This document shows positions 1 to 11,720 of a stretch of 64,000 nt of DNA, in pieces. Origin of the DNA: Basidiobolus meristosporus CBS 931.73 (Eukaryota; Fungi; Basidiobolomycota); the NCBI GenBank assembly GCA_002104905.1, contig MCFE01000168.1, positions 1 through 64,000 of the forward strand, read 5' to 3'. The notes beneath the pieces are model-generated. The model did not search any database. It had not been told where the DNA came from and saw only the letters and a program-made list of their open reading frames with translations. The first letter of the stretch is position 1. Each line of letters opens with the position of its first letter. The position numbers were made by a program, and so were the translations under genes.

Positions 1-461
1 TTTGAATTCAGGCTACAAGCGCCATTGATAAACGGTCAGCGAGGTTTCCCCGCTTGCCTTAGCTCAGTGAAAGTACCCCGGCAGCAATCTGGCTGCACAC
101 TTCTGTGTTAATATCTTATTGAACTAGAAGTATACCCTTAATTTTCCTCGATTCTCCATAGTTTTGGCTGTAATATTGACCCTAATATTAATAATCTTTG
201 TATTTTCCCCCAATTGCACTGAATGAAATATCTCATATCCATACAAAGACAAGGAGCAAAGTGTGGTTCTGAGTGCGATATAGTGGAATGTTTATTTCCT
301 GAAACACAGAATAGATGGTAGACAAATGAATAATGCAACTAATACGTTAAGGAGTTTGTTTGTGTGTGGACCAACATGTTGAACGAAGGCTAATGTACAG
401 TCATCAAGGTAAAACAAGCCTTGGAATATGGTAAGGACGGCGAGCAAGTGGGCGAAGATGT

Positions 462-686
462 TTAGCGGAACTTGGCTTTTTCAGCCTCGCTCTTTAGGTT
501 CTCTTTGAAGGTTTGGGCAAAGGTGTTGGCTCTCTTGGAGGCGTCAGCAACGAAAGGGACGCCCTTTTGTGAGATGTTGGTGACGTGCTCGTGAGTTTTG
601 GCGGCAAGACGCTGGAAACCAGCATTTTGGACCAGCTTCTCGGTGATGAATTGGTTAGCCCAGTAGTTGATGAGTTTGCCGAACAT
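462..686 (-). CDS. 74-aa small protein, Mrx7/NCBP2AS2-like
   Basis: Single-exon ATG ORF. The segment KLVQNAGFQRLAAKTHEHVTNI resembles, from memory, yeast Mrx7 and related plant/animal microproteins. Codon usage looks like a highly expressed gene. Confidence 0.6.
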   Translation of the reverse strand: MFGKLINYWANQFITEKLVQNAGFQRLAAKTHEHVTNISQKGVPFVADASKRANTFAQTFKENLKSEAEKAKFR

Positions 687-1246
687 GCTTGCGTTAGATT
701 TTCAAGAGTTAGAAAACGAAGAAACAAAATTTGAGTTACTCCCGATTTTATATGATACTGGGCCCATCCCCCAAGAGAATTTTCGAGATGGATCTCCGCA
801 GCCGCTGCGCTGATGCCTTTTTTGTGACCCTGTTATAGCATCCAAAGGAGCATTAGAATTTGATTTGTGAGTAACTGCCGACTCAAGGAAACTCCATCCA
901 ATGAGCTTGATCCCGCCCTCCTTCATACCCCAATCTTCTGATTGTTTCATATCGATTTCGCGCTTTCATACTGTTTCCCATTAGTTTCCCCAGTTTGTAG
1001 GAAATTAATATGGTAATGCTGGGTGTTCCCTAGACCAGAATTGACGGGATTGCGGAGAAAAATTGGACGGATTGTGGTGGACAAAGCAATGAACATCTTA
1101 ATAGTTGGACTTCACTGTCAACAGGATGCACAGTAAAGCATTGATCTATTGGTTGCATGTTTCTCAAACAAACGTACTGGCATCTCCTGAATGGATTCGT
1201 TATATAATCCATTGAGAAGGAGCGGCTGACTGACTTTTCCGTTCTA

Positions 1247-2453
1247 ATGTCCTTCTATGAGCTGTCTGCTACGGTGGACATACTAGAGTCAGACGAGATT
1301 TCTGACTGCGTACTGAACACTAGCACCCCAGGTAATTCCATGAGCGGTTCCGCGGTCAAACATGTGTACTAATCTGGTACTGTAGATACTGCCACGCGGC
1401 AGTACGACGATTTACTCCAGTCACTGACCCATCGATTGCACACCATATCCGGAAATGTTGCATCGATACGGAAGCAGATTGGTATTTTGGGTACCAAGCA
1501 AGAGAAGAGCAACACACGGGAAGAAATGTAACACCCACAGCCTATATCTTCATGCTTAGCCGAGACTAACTGTCTTTCAGAAATTCTCAAGTTAAAGTCA
1601 CCAGGGAGGTGGTCACGTGGGTCAACGCTGACCTCAAGAAATTGGGAGGGCTCGATTGCAGTCAGGAGAGGGAGGGGGTGCGGGTATGACATCACTGTGC
1701 TTTTCACAACAACGGACTTCCTAATGTAGCCAATGGCCAATTATCTAGCGCCAGAGAAAATCGGAATATCAGAAACTTGTAAAGGATTTCCAGCTTGTGC
1801 TCAAGCAGTTTCAGAATGTTCAGCGCATATCAATCGACAAGACGAGAGACTACGTGACCTCGGTGAAAAGTCAGGATGTCAGAAATGATGAGAGGTAGCT
1901 TGACCTGACCACAATACTGCGGCGCCGTATTAACTTCTCTGGTAGCCTATTACTCTACGAAGAAAGCCAGGAAGTTGAAGTGCCGTTGCTGAATCTATCT
2001 TCGACTAGGTAGCTATGTCCCAGAAGCGCACAAATTGTATCTTTGCTAACGGCTCGCATATAGGTATGAACAGCAGATCCTGTCTAGCGAGCTGGAATGG
2101 CACGAGTCTTTGGTCCATGAGCGTGAAGCAGAGATACGTGAGATAGAAAGAGGCATCGTTGAGCTGAACGAGATATTCCATGACCTTGGCAATATTGTAC
2201 ATACGCAGCAATCCCAATTAGGTACAGTGGCCCATGGACACTTCATATTGGTGCTAGTTGAGTAATACTATTTCACCGCACTCCAGATAACATAGAGCAT
2301 AACGTCACCCTCATGTCGATGAACATATCATATGCAAATGACGAACTCTCGAAAGCCAACCGGTTCGCTCGCAAGAGAAAGAGCTGTTTATCCAGTGTGC
2401 TTATCGCGCTATTCGTAATGTTTATGCTGTTACTTTTGATTGCCATGGTTTGA
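1247..2453 (+). CDS. Qa-SNARE, syntaxin-7/Pep12/Vam3-like (multi-exon)
   Basis: Manual splicing: MSFYELS...QSLTHRLHTISGNVASIRKQIGILGTK (Habc), SNARE motif EREAEIREIERGIVELNEIFHDLGNIVHTQQSQL|DNIEHNV, and C-terminal TM helix SVLIALFVMFMLLLLIAMV*. GT-AG introns. Not in the ORF track. Confidence 0.88.
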
Positions 2454-2610
2454 ACGAGTGAGCTAAATAAACCAAACTCCAGCCTCCCATCTGAATATCG
2501 GTGGAGCCCATGCACTGGTCGATGGTAGTTAGTCATTAGTGCGACAACCAAGGAAGCCTCACGTTTATTATTGTTCATGTAGGTTCTTCTAGTGTAGTGG
2601 GGTAGGAATA

Positions 2611-4111
2611 CTATTTATACGGGTTAAAGCGGGATGAGCCGGCAGTGACCTACACACATTCTGATTAGCGCAAAATCCTGGTTCAGTGATTAGAGCAAGA
2701 AAGTACCTTGGCAACTGAAGGCGACTGCTTGGCAGAAAGTGAGTTCATGGCGTTGTTTCCACTGGGATCCCAGTAACAAAGTTTAGCATCCTCTCCTCCA
2801 GAAATCATGGTTCCAGACTAGAATGAAAAGCAGAATCAGAGTCTCGATCCTCGGGATTGGGGTTGGTCTACGGTCCACTTACGGTGATATCCCAGTATAC
2901 ACTTCGGACTATATCGGTGTGGCCACCGCTCAGTACATCACACAATTGAAGAGAGTCCGAGTTGACGTGGAAAATTCCCATATCTCCGCTGATAGAGAAT
3001 CAGGTTAGCTGGTTCGAATTCGGGTGGTTCATGCGGTCCTAACTTACTCTATTGTGCCACCAAGTAGGTACAGTCTTTGAGTAGCGCTATCGTAATGGCA
3101 ATCAATAGCGTAGTTCATTGGGAATTGCTGCTCCACGGCTTGTCGAGTGTCGCCAAAGTTAGCCAGAGTCTCACCCTGGTGGAAAAGAGTTAGTATCATC
3201 CATAAGCTCCACCTCAGACATGAAGCTACCTCATGATTCCAGAGGGAGAAAGTCTCCATATGATTTAGACAATAGATGTACTCGAAAGATGGCCCGAAAA
3301 ATCCGATCTTGGATACAGATGAGCCGGTATTAGCCACGGCCAACAAGGCATCGTCTTCGTTGATCGAAATGTCATAGGTGCATATGAGCCCATCCACTGC
3401 ACCGCTGGTTAATCTTTTCGGGTCGTTTGGATGAAAGCGAACCTGATATGGTGTTTCCAAGCGTGTTATGACATTGAAGCCAAAAGATACAGCGTAAGTC
3501 TTACCTGGGTAATATCGTCATTATGGGATTCGAAAAATTCAGTTACGCAATTGTTTGCGCGAACGTCCCTACAAGCAAATTCAGGTCAGCATTCTTTGAC
3601 ACTATATGCCGACGTTAACCAAGAAGCTCCCACCAGAATAATATCTTGGCGTCGTCGTCAAGCTCGGTTCCGGCGGCAAGAGCAGTGTCGTCCGAGTTGA
3701 AATCAAAGCTAAGCAGCGCTTCATTTTTGCTTGCTAAAGTCGGGGCTGTAAGTATGTGTGGCGCTAAAGTATGGCTCTTCAGCAATTACCCTTGAAAACC
3801 TGTGCCGGGCCATTGTTGTTTCTCAAATCCCATACTGCAACTGAGCCGTCTTTGGAGGAAGAGACCAAAATATTTTCTTGTTTGTATTTTATTTCGGTCA
3901 CGTTGTCTCTGTGGAATTGGAGAGTGTTCAGGATGCTCAACTTTTCTCTGTCGTAGGTTTTAATTTGATGGTTGGAGGCAGACACGGCAAAGTGTGAGGA
4001 ATTGGCCGAGCTTGTCACATCAAAGATATAACTTTGGTCGAGGGAAAAGAGAGTAGATCTCTTCAGCCATAGCTGTGGAAACAAGCTGAAACTCGGCTTG
4101 GTCAGCACCAT
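2611..4111 (-). CDS. WDR89: WD40-repeat protein, WDR89-like (multi-exon)
   Basis: WD repeats SSSKDGSVAVWDLR, TSGAVDGLICTYD, GGHTDIVRSVYW, ISGGEDAKLCYWD; spliced last exon VTAGSSRFNPYK*. Confidence 0.8.
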
Positions 4112-4505
4112 GTTTAACTATCAAGTCTATAGCCACAAGTCGAGCCTATATCCAAAGATTGGAACTACTTAATACAGATACATCGAAGAATCATGACCGA
4201 GGATTAAAAAAAAAATACTTGAAAAAATTGACGATCTGTTCGTGCAGACAGGCATCCTCATTTTATGGGTTATAGCCAACCAAGCTCAATAAGCCATCTA
4301 ACCTCATTTTACGGATCAATGTTAGGAGTGAGCCCCTTGGGTGGGAACCTGGTTAATTATTAGGTGGATTTGAAACCATCATGTAGCATAAAACGTAATC
4401 AACTCTGAGCTAACAGCAATATAGAGGGTGGCTTAGGGGCAATACCATACCAAACCTCCATTTTCTCTTTGGCTTTATTAGTAGGAAGTTAATACAAGAA
4501 GCAGA

Positions 4506-5059
4506 ATGAAACTCAATGTGGCGTTACTCTTAGCGTTGTGTGTAAGACCCATTCAGGGAAAATTCGACCCTGAGGATGACCATAGCAACTATGGTGATAT
4601 GGAAAAGGCGCGGTCGTAAGTATCATTCTCTTATACCACCTCTCTCAACTGAAGCAATCTCCGGCGCAGCCAACGATTCACCATGCTTTGCCGCAGATTT
4701 GTCAAGTCGTTCCTGTCCCAAAAGAAGTTGAAGGACCCACTGGAGGTGAACGAGGCGGATACCCCGTATTTTCTCTTCAACGTTTACGATACAGATGGGG
4801 ACGGCTATCTGGACGGGAATGAGCTACGCAATGGCTTCAAGGAGTTTGAGGAAAAGACGAATGGAAAGGCCCACCAATCGTTAAAGGCGTTAAATGAATA
4901 TGTCGACCATGTATTGGGAGAGGACGATGTTGATGGCGAGTAAGTTTCCTATGTTTCCACCAGGTTCTGTTGGTACATGCTAAACACAGTCACTTTCCAA
5001 GCGGAAAAATCTCGATGGAGGAATACCTGGCAAGTCAAGAATATCACGAGTCTGATTAA
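4506..5059 (+). CDS. Secretory-pathway two-EF-hand protein, MCFD2-like (3 exons)
   Basis: Signal peptide MKLNVALLLALCVRPIQG; EF loops DTDGDGYLDGNE and DVDG|DGKISMEE (the second spans the intron after ~4939); ends SQEYHESD*. Confidence 0.75.
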
Positions 5060-5257
5060 AGGCGGTCGGAAGAGATTTCTAATAAAATGGATTAGCATCA
5101 TTCATAGCACTTCAAATATATATGTTGGATTTGATTTGAACATAGTTATGATCAGCAACAAGCCATGCCAAAAAGAAAAAAAAATTAACCGCATTCTTTT
5201 TTATCCAAGGTAGGCGATGGATATCTAGGACTCCTGCTTCGCTTTATTATCAGCAAA

Positions 5258-5773
5258 ATGTCACAGAAACTGTCCAAAAAGGCCTTGGATGGGCTTCTGC
5301 GAGATCTCAATGGAAACCCTGCCCGTAAAGAAGTAAAGAAAGTGAAGAAGTCGAATAAGCTGCCTGATACCAAGAAAGGGTTGAGAAAATTCAAACTTGC
5401 CCAACTGCTTCAATCGAAGAAAAAAGTGACGAAGTCTCTCGCTAATCCACTTGGTACGTGCTTGCATATTTACCTTTGGGGGATATGAATTGCTGACTTC
5501 TTTCGATCGCCTACTAGACGAACTCCGTAGCGAAAAGAAACTTCAGGAGGAGATTTACAAAAAGAATTTGGAGTACTTCACGAGCACCGCCAGAACTAGC
5601 TCTTCCGAGAAGGAACTCAAGAGACAGGTATCTATCAAGGTTCAGTGTTTGGGCGGTGAATGTGTTTCGTTAAAATGGCCCCTGTTTAGGTTCTTGAGCG
5701 TATGAGAGCTTCCGAACTACCCAAGGAAACGCAAAAACAAATCGATTCTGATGACGACGATCTCTATGAATAG
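5258..5773 (+). CDS. Small Lys-rich, probably nucleolar protein (3 exons); weakly AROS/Rrt14-like
   Basis: ORF pieces join through GT-AG introns: MSQKLSKKAL...SLANPL|DRLLDELRSEKKLQEEIYKKNLEYFTST...|VLERMRASELPKETQKQIDSDDDDLYE*. The family call is weak. Confidence 0.6.
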
Positions 5774-5967
5774 ACTCCCCACCATGCACCATATATCAAT
5801 AGAACGTTCTCTTAATTATCCATCAAACGAGCCGTTACGGATGCTCAACCTTTTTGTCAAATAAAGCCACTTAAACTCTGTCGCCTATGAAGGATGATTT
5901 CTATTTATTTGCAGTATCTAATCATGGAAAGAATGCCGAGTTGGCGTTGGTGAAAAAGATGCACCAC

Positions 5968-7849
5968 TCAGAAGTCGGTTGTTGGAGTGTCTACAAAGGG
6001 CGGCTATTTAGTGGAAATGCTTGGTGGGAGCGCAGCCAGTCTTACACTACCTTTTCTGGACTGAATGGTGTTGTTGACCATCCGATTCACGAATTCATCA
6101 AACGCCTCGACATACTCTTTCAAGGCAGTCTTCTTATAGTCTGTTACGGCTTGTTAAAAAGAGTTACAGCTAAACGGCAGCCAATCAATCACCATACCTG
6201 GAATCTTCCGCTCGTTATCTTGCACAGGGTTTAGTTGATCATAATCATTGATTTCTTGTATCAGTTGGGTGACAGTAGGGACTTCCAGTGGATTGAATTC
6301 CTCACAAGTACTGGGGTCGATGGGCACGCATACACGCCCTAATAGGTGTTAGCGATGTTCATGTGTATGAGTGGTGCTCAGATGGTGGTCACCTGTTTTT
6401 GGATGCACGCAGAAGGGGCTCTTCAACAAGTGATTCAGTTGAATGGATACATTTCCATCCAGTCTTGGGTAGCAGTACTGGAAAATGATGTCACGCTTAG
6501 CTAACTCCATTCCCTTGACCTTCTGCTTTGGTTTCTACAAGGGTGGTCATGCATGTATTAGCTAAGAAAACTCGCCAACAGGCTATCGCGGTTACCTTTG
6601 TATTACAGGCTGCTTCGATTTCTCTGGACAGATCATCCCAGCGTTCGGTGGATGGACGACCTGGGTTGTCTTGCCATTTCTGTGATAATTCATTACGTAC
6701 ACCTAGGTGCCAGTCAACAACTGCCAATGTAACGGTCCGATGGAAGTAGGTGTACCTTCGTCAGGGATGAGAGCCAGCACCTTCGAGTAATGCTCCTTTT
6801 CGCGGAGAACGTCTTGCTCTCTCAAAATCAAGCGAGGAAAGCTTTCTTTCAAGATGTCCAGGGACGCACTAATCACCCACATCAATGGTTTGCGACTGAT
6901 TTGAATCGGTTCATGGATACTTACACAAGCGCAGGATGCAAAGTCCCTGGTAAATTGACCTTTTTCGTTTGCTGGACGCCACCCTAGTTAATCCAAGCAA
7001 ATCAACGATCTACTCCCCAACACTAGCACACATGTCTCGTTAGGTACCTTGATCACTTCAATAAAACCTACGATGGCCTTGCGCCCTTCGTTGGTAAGCT
7101 TTCGTGCTCGTTCATCGCATACCCAGCAATGGACACCACGACGACCACTGTAAACCCATAGTCGATTCTCGAACCCAAAATCCTCTATACTTCAGGGTTA
7201 GCAAATAACTAACTATGGGTGTGCAACAACAAGAGAGTACCATATAATACCCGGTCTACGACCTTGATGGCAATGGTCATGAATTCCCAGCATTTCAAGC
7301 AAATATCTCCTCCCCTATAAAGCTCTGTTAGCATGAGGGGCCGAGGTGAAAGCAACAAAATACGTACGAGCAGCATGTACGAATCTCATCATAGTCAGTC
7401 ATATCTATATCAAACACTAGCTCCTTTTCGATAGGCTGGAAGGCTCCAGGCTTTATGGCTTTCTTGTCTTTGGGCTAAATACGAGAAAATTAGCAAAAGG
7501 TCCTGCATTTCTCACTCTGCTTTGGCTAAACTGACCTTTGCGGTATATACTGCCCCGATATCTATCTTTGAAGGGCAAAGCCTGAGCAGCTCCTCTTTGA
7601 ATTCTTTCCCGTCTTTAAAGGACAAATAACGAATATATGTATCATTTCCCAAAGTGAAACTAAACTCGCGGTTTGTGAAGGACTTCGTGGGAGCTGGAAG
7701 AAACGTTACGAGTTAATCGGGTGTCTTTTGCTTGATTTTAGTCCAGATATCTTACCATTATCATAGGTTAACCAACGAAAACATGACTTGTGTGGAAACA
7801 ATCTTTGGTAAAACTGGCGAAGTAGTATGGGGAGATTTCCTTCTTCCAT
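5968..7849 (-). CDS. PRI1: DNA primase small (catalytic) subunit
   Basis: Spliced exons give [88 protein letters not shown]; ends DTPTTDF*. Confidence 0.96.
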
Positions 7850-8135
7850 GTTTTATGTGCTGCACAAAGTATATGGAATTGTATGTTTGCAAAGTGCCGT
7901 TTGGGAACTAGTATTCAAGTATCAAAATATCATTATGCTAGTTGTTTATTGTTTTGATGGTCCATCTTCCATGTTGTCTCGATCCAGAATATAGGAATCC
8001 TACGAGTTCCGTAATAGTTCATTATAGAGGGAACCATCAACAGGAATTATTCTTAATCACAGTGCTTTCTATCCCATAGATGCCTTCACTTTTGACGACT
8101 GGTGGATTTTGAAGTGTTTGTGGGGACTTTAGTAT

Positions 8136-8767
8136 TTATTGAGTTGTTTCGTTTGAGGTATTCACTTCCTGCTTTGGTGGATTGCTAGTGTCGTTGCTGT
8201 CTACACTAGTACTCTCTAATTTGGGTTTTTTATCCTTGGTTTGTTGGTTCTTTTTCCGTTTTTGACGTTTGGCACGGTTCTTGGCGGTTTTTTCGTCTGC
8301 CTTTTGCTGAAGCTCTTCGCGTTTCTGATCGAACTCTATTTGATCTTGTTCCTAGATGGAATGGCATAAATGTGGGAGTTCTCTATTGTAAAGTGAAATA
8401 ACGCCTTTACCGCCTTCATTTCTTCCTCCATAATTTTGGTACGCGCGTATTCACGGCGTCGGTGAGCTCTATAGATGTGAAATTCTCCACTACCCGCACC
8501 AGCACTGGAACCTTAAATATGAACCGAGAAGATTCATTATTTTGACTGGCATTCGAGTAACAGGAGTGCTTATTTCGTACCTGGAACATTGCGAACGATC
8601 TCTTTTGGCGGCTTGAGTGTTTTCTGCTTTAGCTCTGGAATAACAACTGGTTTATCTATGCGTTCTAATAGCTTATCCAACTGCCTTTTCTGTAAGTCGT
8701 AAGGAGTTAGATTGTGCTTTTTTTGAGTCTCTCCTTCGTCGGAATGGTTTGGAGAATCTAGTGGCAT
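8136..8767 (-). CDS. PRKRIP1: PRKR-interacting protein 1 (spliceosome-associated) homolog
   Basis: KPPKEIVRNVP|GSSAGAGSGEFHIYRAHRRREYAR signature and a Lys/Arg-rich tail with KTAKNRAKRQKRKK. Confidence 0.9.
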
Positions 8768-9028
8768 GTGTCTACAAGGAATAGGTAGGAAGATTATTTT
8801 CACAAGAACAGTGCATGTTATATATATAGGTCGATACGATGAAGGATGAATGGTTCGTCAGATCACATATCCGCAACCCTTACATACTATTCCAGAACAC
8901 CAAAACCAGAATAGCCTGATGCTGACTACCTCTTAATAAAATATATGTTTATTTGTGAGTATCTGCAGATAAATCAATCATCACCAGTGATTTACAAAGA
9001 CTGATGTCAACATCAGTGGCAAGGGTTA

Positions 9029-9679
9029 CTAATTGTGCCAGATAAAGCTCACCCCATTTCCTGGTTTGAAGGTGGCATATTTCTTGATGTAAGGCCCTCC
9101 ATTGTAGTTGTAGTTACTTGTGTACACATTTCCATTGGCCTCAATCCTTTCAACAACAGCGACGTGTCCGGGACTGCCAGTTCCTTGAACTCCAGGCTGT
9201 ATTACTATAATACTAGGCTGCTTTGGTGTACCTGATACTGACCAACCAGGGGTGCTTTGTGCTTTGCTGGCCCAGACGCGAGCATCACCCCACCATTCAA
9301 TATGATGGCCAGTAAGCTGTGCATAGCGGGCATCAGCCCAGTCAGTACATTGACCATTTTTGAAGCGGAACTCCAGAGGCCCATTGGGTTGGGTGGTATA
9401 GCCGTTGTCGTTATCTGAGCTGTCGTTTCCATTCCCACCATAGCTATTATTTTGTTTAGAGTTTCGGTTCCCCTTTCTTGAGTTCTTGTTGTAGCTTGGT
9501 TTGTAGTTCTGGTTGGAATTCTGTGGATTGTAGCCCCAGGAATTCTTATAGGAATAGTACCGTGGCGCCAACTTGGGTTCCTCTTGTTGGATCTGACTCC
9601 CAGCGTCAGATATGCTGACCGGCAAGGCCCGAACCAATGCAACAGCGATCAAAAAGTATAGAACAGCGAATTTGTACAT
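9029..9679 (-). CDS. Secreted CHAP-domain protein (putative peptidoglycan amidase/peptidase), copy 1
   Basis: Intronless. Signal peptide, N/S/G/Q-rich linker, then CHAP motifs NGQCTDWA (Cys) and GHVAVVE (His), followed by TSNYNY. Confidence 0.9.
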   Translation of the reverse strand: MYKFAVLYFLIAVALVRALPVSISDAGSQIQQEEPKLAPRYYSYKNSWGYNPQNSNQNYKPSYNKNSRKGNRNSKQNNSYGGNGNDSSDNDNGYTTQPNGPLEFRFKNGQCTDWADARYAQLTGHHIEWWGDARVWASKAQSTPGWSVSGTPKQPSIIVIQPGVQGTGSPGHVAVVERIEANGNVYTSNYNYNGGPYIKKYATFKPGNGVSFIWHN

Positions 9680-10323
9680 GTTTCTTCCACTTTTCCAGAA
9701 AGTTGGTTTGTCCGGACCACATCTGACCAGCTTGCTTATATAAGAATGCTGGTTCTCATACCGTTGTAGCCTAGCCTTTCTAGATGGAATACAGTCTAGG
9801 GAACCTATTTTCGAGAAAAATTAATATGCAGTTACTACTCCAATTAGTAGTATTGCATATTGACAGCTGGGATGGCTGCATGGAAATCGAGTGCTTCTTA
9901 TTTTGCAGTTAATCTCTGCACCGTCCCTTGATTCTACCTAGAAATGCATCTCTCCCTCTGTTCCCTTGAAATGACATGATGTCAAGCACCCTGATAATCT
10001 TAGCTCTGGGATCTACAAGGTTGACGGTAACAGCGAATGGGTACAGCGTAGCCACACGGATGGCAGATAATAGTATTGTTTGTGAAGAATGTGCTATTCT
10101 AGATTAACAAAGCCATCGGAGAAAGAATCAAGACAACGGTTGGCAAGACTGGCGTACTTCTACTCGTTAGGTAACAGTTTCAAACCGGAAATTATCCCAG
10201 GGAAACAACAATGGGTCCACGTGATGTACTCGGAACATCCATATATGTCGTTGGTATGGAGCCTCCAACTGTTGGAGCCACCCCCTAATCCACTTTAACC
10301 TGTTAACCAGCACTAAGCCTTTG

Positions 10324-11582
10324 ATGAGGACCTTAGGGTATCTTTGGGTGCTGCTTTCGGTGCCGCTCGTGAGATCTCATCCGTATCACTCTGACACGGG
10401 TAGTTCGATTGATGTGGAGGATTTGACCGAGTACCTTAAATCCGACTTCGACGATAAGCCTAAATATGACCTCGATTCTGATAAACTTAAACATGACTTC
10501 GACTCTGATAAAGCCCTATATGACTTCAACTACAACCAACAACCACACGATCAACCAGTCGGGACGAATTGGTTCTTTCCCGAGCTGGACCCTCCCACGT
10601 ACGCTTACAACAAGGCTACTGAAACCTACCAGCGATGGGAATGTCTCAACTTCACCCAATCAGCGCTCCAGACCTGGGGAATAACCAAATTGCGATACGG
10701 TCGTGAAAACAAAGACGTTGTCCCTGACCCAAGTGACCCTACCACATCCGTATTGAGAGTGATTTACCCGAAAGGTAGTCGGAACCCTACCCATCACCCA
10801 CTTGGGGGAACTGGCTTTGATGCCAAGCCGATCTCGGTTGCTGATGGAATAGGCCAGACTGTTCGACTAAACTATCAGGTGTATTTCCCGGAGGATTTTG
10901 ATTTCGTGCATGGTAACAGGACGACTGACCTCCGCGCATACCCAGATCTTCGCTAACCCAACGTCCCCTGTCCAGGAGGCAAGCTGCCAGGGATTTATGG
11001 TGGTCACACCAGCTGCTCTGGTGGGAAATCCGCTCAAGATTGCTTTAGCGCCAGGTTTGTGGGTGTGGTTTCGCATTGGCAGGGAGATTCACTAATCCTC
11101 TCTCTAGATTCATGTGGCGTAAGGAAGGTTTGGGCGAGATTTACCTCTATGTACCAAAAACGGCCCTGCACCAACCTAGCTTCTGCAAGATTGCTCCTTT
11201 GTCGGTCTGCAACCAAAAGTATGGATTTTCCATCGGGCGTGGAAGTTTTCGGTTCAAGAAAGGGGCCTGGAATAAGGTCAGCGTCGCCGTTAGAATGAAC
11301 CAGGTCCCTTCAGAGCCTACTGGACAACTACGAGTATGGTACAATGACGAGATAGTCATTGACTATGACCAGATGGTTTGGAGGGTCAATGACACTGTAG
11401 GCTACGCAGGAATCGACTTCGAGACTTTCTTTGGGGGATCCAGTAACCGGTTTAACACCCCTATTGATACCTTCTCCCTCTTCAAAGACTTTCGGCTTGT
11501 GGTTGGCCAAGATCTGAATCAAACTCAGCTGGAGCCAAAGCCACCGACTGGCGATCAGTCTCTGGAATACGCTGAAGAATAG
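10324..11582 (+). CDS. Secreted polysaccharide lyase family 14 (PL14)-like protein, 2 introns
   Basis: Signal peptide; VLRVIYPKGS, YQVYFPEDFDFVH|GGKLPGIYGG (spliced), SARF|MWRKEGLGEIYLYVP, YGFSIGRGSFRF, FETFFGGS. These are typical PL14 motifs. Confidence 0.85.
10424..10521 (+). repeat. Degenerate ~27-bp (9-aa) acidic tandem repeat, about 3 copies, in the PL14 N-terminal region
   Basis: DFDDKPKY / DLDSDKLKH / DFDSDKALY / DF; the DNA units start gacttcgac, gacctcgat, gacttcgac. Confidence 0.6.
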
Positions 11583-11720
11583 ATTTTTGGACAATTTTGA
11601 TGTTTCTTGTATAAATATGCACATAGATCGAAAAGCTTTGACAAAACCAACATCCAATGATTCCATTTTATTCGATCTAATATTAATCGCAAGTGCTGGC
11701 GATCAACCTTGCTTTAAACA

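Noticed and set aside
1-340. Possible coding exons at the window start
   Set aside because: No consistent reading frame or motif could be assembled.
702-950. 82-aa ORF upstream of the Mrx7-like gene
   Set aside because: No recognisable motif; probably promoter or UTR sequence.
1030-2578. Several minus-strand ORFs
   Set aside because: Antisense shadows of the plus-strand syntaxin gene.
3011-3021. GGTTCGAATTC resembling a tRNA T-loop/B-box
   Set aside because: No cloverleaf or A-box around it, and it lies within the WDR89 gene on the opposite strand.
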